A stretch of DNA of 11,521 nt, taken from the NCBI GenBank assembly GCA_043747615.1, contig JAYTOU010000009.1, forward strand, positions 1 to 11,521, in the 5' to 3' direction. The stretch is from Myxococcales bacterium. Its GTDB lineage: Bacteria > Myxococcota_A > Polyangia > Polyangiales > Polyangiaceae. The position numbers and the translations under genes are program-made. Of this stretch, positions 7,963 through 11,521 are shown piece by piece (position 1 is the stretch's first letter; every line of letters begins with the position of its first letter). A model generated the notes under the pieces. That model made no database searches and was not told where the DNA came from. It saw nothing but the letters and a program-made list of their open reading frames with translations.

Positions 7963-9693
7963 ATGAAGACACGCACGCCCCTCTTCCTTCTCGCGCTTGT
8001 CGGAGCCGCATGCGGAGCACCGGCGGGCGTGAGCGTGACCCCGGCGTCGCACGCGAGCCCCGTGCTCGAGCCACCGCGCGATCCCCCGAGTCCCGAGCTT
8101 GGCGAAAGGGTCGGCACCAGCCACTTCGTGACGTCGTGCGATGCGGCAGTGCAGGACGACATGGATCGGGCCGTCGCGCTTCTGCACTCGTTCTTTTACG
8201 ACGAAGCGCGCAGGCGGTTCCGCGTCATCGCCGAGCGCGACCGCACTTGCGCGATGGCCCACTGGGGGATCGCGATGACGTTCTGGCACCCTCTCTGGCA
8301 AGCGCCGAGACCCGACGAGATGACCGACGGCACGGCGGCGATCAAGATCGCCCGGGACACGGGGCCGAGGACACCGCGGGAGCGCGCGTACGTCGAGGCG
8401 CTCGAGGGATTCTATTACACGCCGGCCGAAAGCCAGGCGCCGGCGTCCCAATCCTGTCATGGGGTCGTGTCGAGCGATCATGTGAAGGGAGCCCACGTGT
8501 ACGAGGCGCTCATGGCAGCGCTCGTCGCCCAGTATCCCGACGATCTCGAAGCGAAGGTATTTCACGCGCTCGCGATCCTCGCCGTGCATCCTCCCACCGA
8601 TCGCACGCTGGAAAAGCCGCGCCTTGCAGCCCAAGTCTTGGAAGGACTGTTCGTCGACCATCCCGATCATCCCGGAATCGCCCACTACCTGATTCACGCA
8701 TATGACTATCCGCCGCTCGCCGCGAAGGGGCTGCCCGCGGCGCGCGCCTACGCCGAGATGGCACCATGGGTGCCGCACGCGCTCCACATGCCGTCGCACA
8801 TTTTCACCCGCCTCGGTCTCTGGAACGACGCCATTGCGGCGAACCTGTCGGCGGCCTCCGCGGCGAGAAAGTACGAAGCGCGCTTTCATCCGGGCGCGCA
8901 CGCTGCGGAGGAATTGCACGCTCTCGACTATGCCGCTTACGGCTATTTGCAAACAGCGCAGGATGGAAAGGCGGCCGCGATCGTCGCCTATCTCGGTACG
9001 ATCGATCGCACCAATCCGGAGCTCGATCTCGTCGCCGGATATCCGTTTGCAACGATCCCCGCCCGCTACGCGCTCGAACGCCGGCGCTGGAGCGAAGCGG
9101 CCGTGCTGACTCCGTCCCCCTTGGCCCAGAGAATGCCGTTCATCGAAGCCAACGTGGTCTACGCCCGCGCGATCGGCGCCGCACGCTCGGGCAATGTCGC
9201 CTCTGCGCGTGCCGACGTGGAGCGTCTTGGCGTGCTGGGCGAGGCTTCCGCGAAGGAAGCAAAGTTTGCGTTCTTCGTGAAGCAGGTCGAGCTTCAACGA
9301 AAAGCCGGTCAAGGATGGCTTCTCCACGCCGAGCACCGTGAGATCGAATCGCTCGCTGCGATGCGCGCTGCCGTCGAGCTCGAGGATGCGATTGGCAAGC
9401 ACCCGGTCACGCCGGGCGCGGTTCTCCCCGCGCGCGAGCAGCTCGGCGACTTGCTCCTCGAACAAGGGCAACCCGAGCTGGCGCTGGCCGAGCATGAGCG
9501 CTCACTGGCGACATCGCCCAATCGGTTCGCCGGTCTTTACGGGGCGGCTCGTGCTGCCGATCGCGCGGGCGATCGCACCAAGGCGCGCGCGTACTACGAG
9601 AAGCTCGTCACCGTGGCGTCGGGGAACGACGAACGGCCGGAGCTTGCAGAGGCGCGCGCGTGGCTGGCGCACCCTGTGTCTCTCGGCAAATAA
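7963..9693 (+). CDS. TPR-containing lipoprotein with His-rich conserved motifs (~576 aa)
   Basis: MKTRTPLFLLALVGAAC lipoprotein signal; LHSFFY, CAMAHWGIAM, HPGIAHYLIHAYD and HALHMPSHIF motifs; C-terminal TPR-like helices. Confidence 0.85.
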   Translation: MKTRTPLFLLALVGAACGAPAGVSVTPASHASPVLEPPRDPPSPELGERVGTSHFVTSCDAAVQDDMDRAVALLHSFFYDEARRRFRVIAERDRTCAMAHWGIAMTFWHPLWQAPRPDEMTDGTAAIKIARDTGPRTPRERAYVEALEGFYYTPAESQAPASQSCHGVVSSDHVKGAHVYEALMAALVAQYPDDLEAKVFHALAILAVHPPTDRTLEKPRLAAQVLEGLFVDHPDHPGIAHYLIHAYDYPPLAAKGLPAARAYAEMAPWVPHALHMPSHIFTRLGLWNDAIAANLSAASAARKYEARFHPGAHAAEELHALDYAAYGYLQTAQDGKAAAIVAYLGTIDRTNPELDLVAGYPFATIPARYALERRRWSEAAVLTPSPLAQRMPFIEANVVYARAIGAARSGNVASARADVERLGVLGEASAKEAKFAFFVKQVELQRKAGQGWLLHAEHREIESLAAMRAAVELEDAIGKHPVTPGAVLPAREQLGDLLLEQGQPELALAEHERSLATSPNRFAGLYGAARAADRAGDRTKARAYYEKLVTVASGNDERPELAEARAWLAHPVSLGK

Positions 9694-9806
9694 CCCCAAC
9701 TTGATCGGCTTGGTCGATTTCGACGATCAACTTCGCATAAGCGGGATTCCGTCTCGCAAATCAGAGCCGCTTGCCATCGCGAGGAGCCTTGGTTTTCCTA
9801 CGTCCC
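9694..9806 (+). repeat. 113-bp repeat copy 6
   Basis: CCCCAACTTGATCGGCTTGGTCGATTTCGACGATCAACTTCGCATAAGCGGG...TTTTCCTACGTCCC; begins on the base after the TPR gene stop codon. Confidence 0.97.
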
Positions 9807-9834
9807 GTGTCCGTTGTCTCTAGGCGCAGCTTCT

Positions 9835-11055
9835 TCATGCAATCGTGTGCACACGGAGGGGCTGTTGCCGGCCGCGGATCTGAACCTCGCCGAGCGACTC
9901 CGTCTTCAAGCCTGATCGCCGCGCGGTCTCCTCGCTGACAAGGATGTCTACTTCCTTGTCCTTGGTGAGCGCTTCGAGGCGTGAGGTGATGTTTACCGTG
10001 TCGCCGATGACCGTGAACTCCAGGCGCGCGCCGCTACCGAGGCAACCGGCGATGACCGGTCCCGAGTGGACGCCGACCCCCATGGCGAGTGCAGACTCTC
10101 CGCGGCGCGTCCGCGCGACGTTCACTTTCGCGAGCGCGACCCGCATATCCCTCGCCGCCTTTACCGCGTGGGCAGGGTGGTTCTCCAGTTCCTGAGGAGC
10201 GCCGAAAACGGCGAGCATTCCGTCTCCGAGGAACTTGTCGACGATTCCCCCACGCGCGCGGATAACAGAGGCAAACGCGCCCTGAATTTCATTTAGCGCG
10301 TCGAGCACGGCCGCCGGAGACAGTGTTTCCGCCATCGCCGTGAAGCCCCGAAGATCCGAGACGAGAATCGTCGCATTCATAGCCGAGGGTGTACTGATGA
10401 TCCGGAGAGCGCGTTCGGGCGATGCGTCAACAAGCGCCGCTGGAAGAAAACGACGGAGGTTCGCGCGGCTGGCCTCTGCGCGCGCCAGTTGCCGCACGTT
10501 CTCGGCGCTGCCTAAGCTGGCGACGCCCGACGCCAGCAAGAGAATGACTGCGATGGCGAGCCCGCGGGGATCGTGATCGAGACGAATGACCACATAGACC
10601 ACGATCACGAGGCTCGTGCTCCAGATGGAGGCCGACCTACTGTAGCGAAGCCCGCCGACTGCGATGAGTACGGCGCTTGCGAAGGAGAGCGCGTAGAGCG
10701 GACTCTTCGTGACGTCCGCTCCGACATGCCCGAAGAAATAGAAACCAAGTAGTGCAATCGCATCGATAAGCGGCACCAAGAACTGAAACGCGCGCTCGTA
10801 GATTCCGCCTCGAAGGAGAAGGACGAGCATCACTGCCCACCCACACCACGCAGTTTCGAACTGCAGCTGCGAGCGCGTGGCTCGGACGGCGATGGCCTCG
10901 ACGGGAGCGTACCGCGCGAGCCAGCCCAGACCGCTCACGGCGAAAAGCGCAAGCACTCGAACGTAAGCGATCTTGAGCTCGTTGCCACGGGCGGCGTCGA
11001 AGAGAGTGCGCTCTAGGGAATCGGAAATCTCGTCGAGTGTCTCCTTGGCGCTCAT
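9835..11055 (-). CDS. Membrane-anchored class III adenylate/guanylate cyclase (~406 aa)
   Basis: About 6 hydrophobic segments, then VSDLRGFT, DKFLGDG, GVGVHSG and FTVIGDTVNITSRLE. The Lys/Thr specificity pair suggests ATP as substrate. Likely start MSAKET at 11055. Confidence 0.92.
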   Translation of the reverse strand: MSAKETLDEISDSLERTLFDAARGNELKIAYVRVLALFAVSGLGWLARYAPVEAIAVRATRSQLQFETAWCGWAVMLVLLLRGGIYERAFQFLVPLIDAIALLGFYFFGHVGADVTKSPLYALSFASAVLIAVGGLRYSRSASIWSTSLVIVVYVVIRLDHDPRGLAIAVILLLASGVASLGSAENVRQLARAEASRANLRRFLPAALVDASPERALRIISTPSAMNATILVSDLRGFTAMAETLSPAAVLDALNEIQGAFASVIRARGGIVDKFLGDGMLAVFGAPQELENHPAHAVKAARDMRVALAKVNVARTRRGESALAMGVGVHSGPVIAGCLGSGARLEFTVIGDTVNITSRLEALTKDKEVDILVSEETARRSGLKTESLGEVQIRGRQQPLRVHTIA

Positions 11056-11192
11056 TTGCTCTTCGCCAATTAAGCGTACCGCCTGCGCTGTAACCCGTCC
11101 AGCAACGGCGTCCGCCGCGCGGCTTGCGCGAGGCCGGCGCACGTAGGCTGAGTGGTGACGCCGAAGGGCGGGCGTGATTTGTTGTGGAGGGC

Positions 11193-11320
11193 ATGTTGCC
11201 GCTCGAAGGGACGCTGTTGGAGAAGCTGCGCAAGATCGAAGCGCTGCACGCGGGGACGAAGGTCGACGGCGAGCGAGAGGCGGCGCGCAGCGGAGCGGAT
11301 TGGCGCGCGCATCGCGGAGC
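11193..11320 (+). pseudogene. Conserved hypothetical protein N-terminus, frameshifted and interrupted by IS21
   Basis: GGAGG then ATG; MLPLEGTLLEKLRKIEALHAGTKVDGEREAAR, continuing in another frame as AAERIGARIAE up to the IS end. Confidence 0.65.
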
Positions 11321-11521
11321 TGCGTATTCCGGCCAATCTGGGCGCACGTTCCGGCGACACTTGGGCAGCCGTTCCAGTCCACGTGGGCGCGTGATCGGAG
11401 CGCAGCGACGAGTGGATGGTCAGGTTTAGATCAGGTGGTCTCGGAGGTGATTCCCTTCTTCTTCCGCATCGACGGCCCGCGAAGCGCGACGAGATGCGCG
11501 TTGTGCACGAGTCGGTCGCAG
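11321..11521 (-). mobile_element. IS21-family insertion sequence, right end
   Basis: Terminus TGCGTATTCCGG at 11321, three ~22-bp TTCC(G/A)G...TGGGC repeats (11326-11390), adjacent to the istB stop codon. Confidence 0.9.
11431..11521 (-). CDS. istB: IS21 helper ATPase IstB, C-terminus (partial)
   Basis: CDRLVHNAHLVALRGPSMRKKKGITSETT* matches the IstB DRLvH.a....l.G.S.R motif. Confidence 0.92.
   Translation of the reverse strand, partial: CDRLVHNAHLVALRGPSMRKKKGITSETT

Noticed and set aside
7861..9495. 544-aa minus-strand ORF
   Set aside because: Antisense shadow of the TPR lipoprotein gene.
279..9693. mRNA capture by reverse-transcriptase template switching
   Set aside because: Segments include divergent gene pairs and their intergenic DNA (SDR/lipoprotein, KAS III/TPR), and no RT is encoded in the window.
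205..9806. CRISPR array or integron attC cassette array
   Set aside because: Repeats are 113 bp, in mixed orientation, with 0.4-3 kb spacing. They lack RYYYAAC...GTTRRRY ends, there is no cas or intI gene, and segments are not single whole ORFs.
1880..11055. SRAP, cyclase, TPR and oxidoreductases as one defence or signalling operon
   Set aside because: The genes lie on separate repeat-bounded segments in mixed orientation, so adjacency is probably a product of rearrangement.
11056..11382. N-terminal extension of the cyclase in the ORF track
   Set aside because: Runs through the IS21 end and another gene fragment; MSAKET at 11055 is the plausible start.

Overview
GC-rich accessory region, probably from a myxobacterium (inferred from the MXAN_2562-like barrel, RCC1 and Cys/DGG-rich lipoprotein fragments). 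It lies between an IS66 transposase remnant on the left and the end of an IS21-family element (istB 3' end plus terminal repeat) on the right. Apparently intact genes encode an SDR, a SRAP/YedK protein, a phytoene-desaturase-family oxidoreductase, a TPR lipoprotein and a membrane class III adenylate cyclase. The main unusual feature is a ~113-bp dispersed repeat present six times in both orientations, plus one isolated sub-box. It has no internal terminal inverted repeats and no target duplications. Its conserved end (TTTCCTACGTCCC) cuts into unrelated genes: methylmalonyl-CoA mutase on both sides, a KAS III, a lipoprotein and the SDR tail. The window is therefore a patchwork of unrelated segments joined at this repeat. 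Two copies, one a same-length divergent variant, bound a 628-bp MITE-like unit containing 11-bp periodic arrays. At least four small frameshifts may be sequencing errors or decay.
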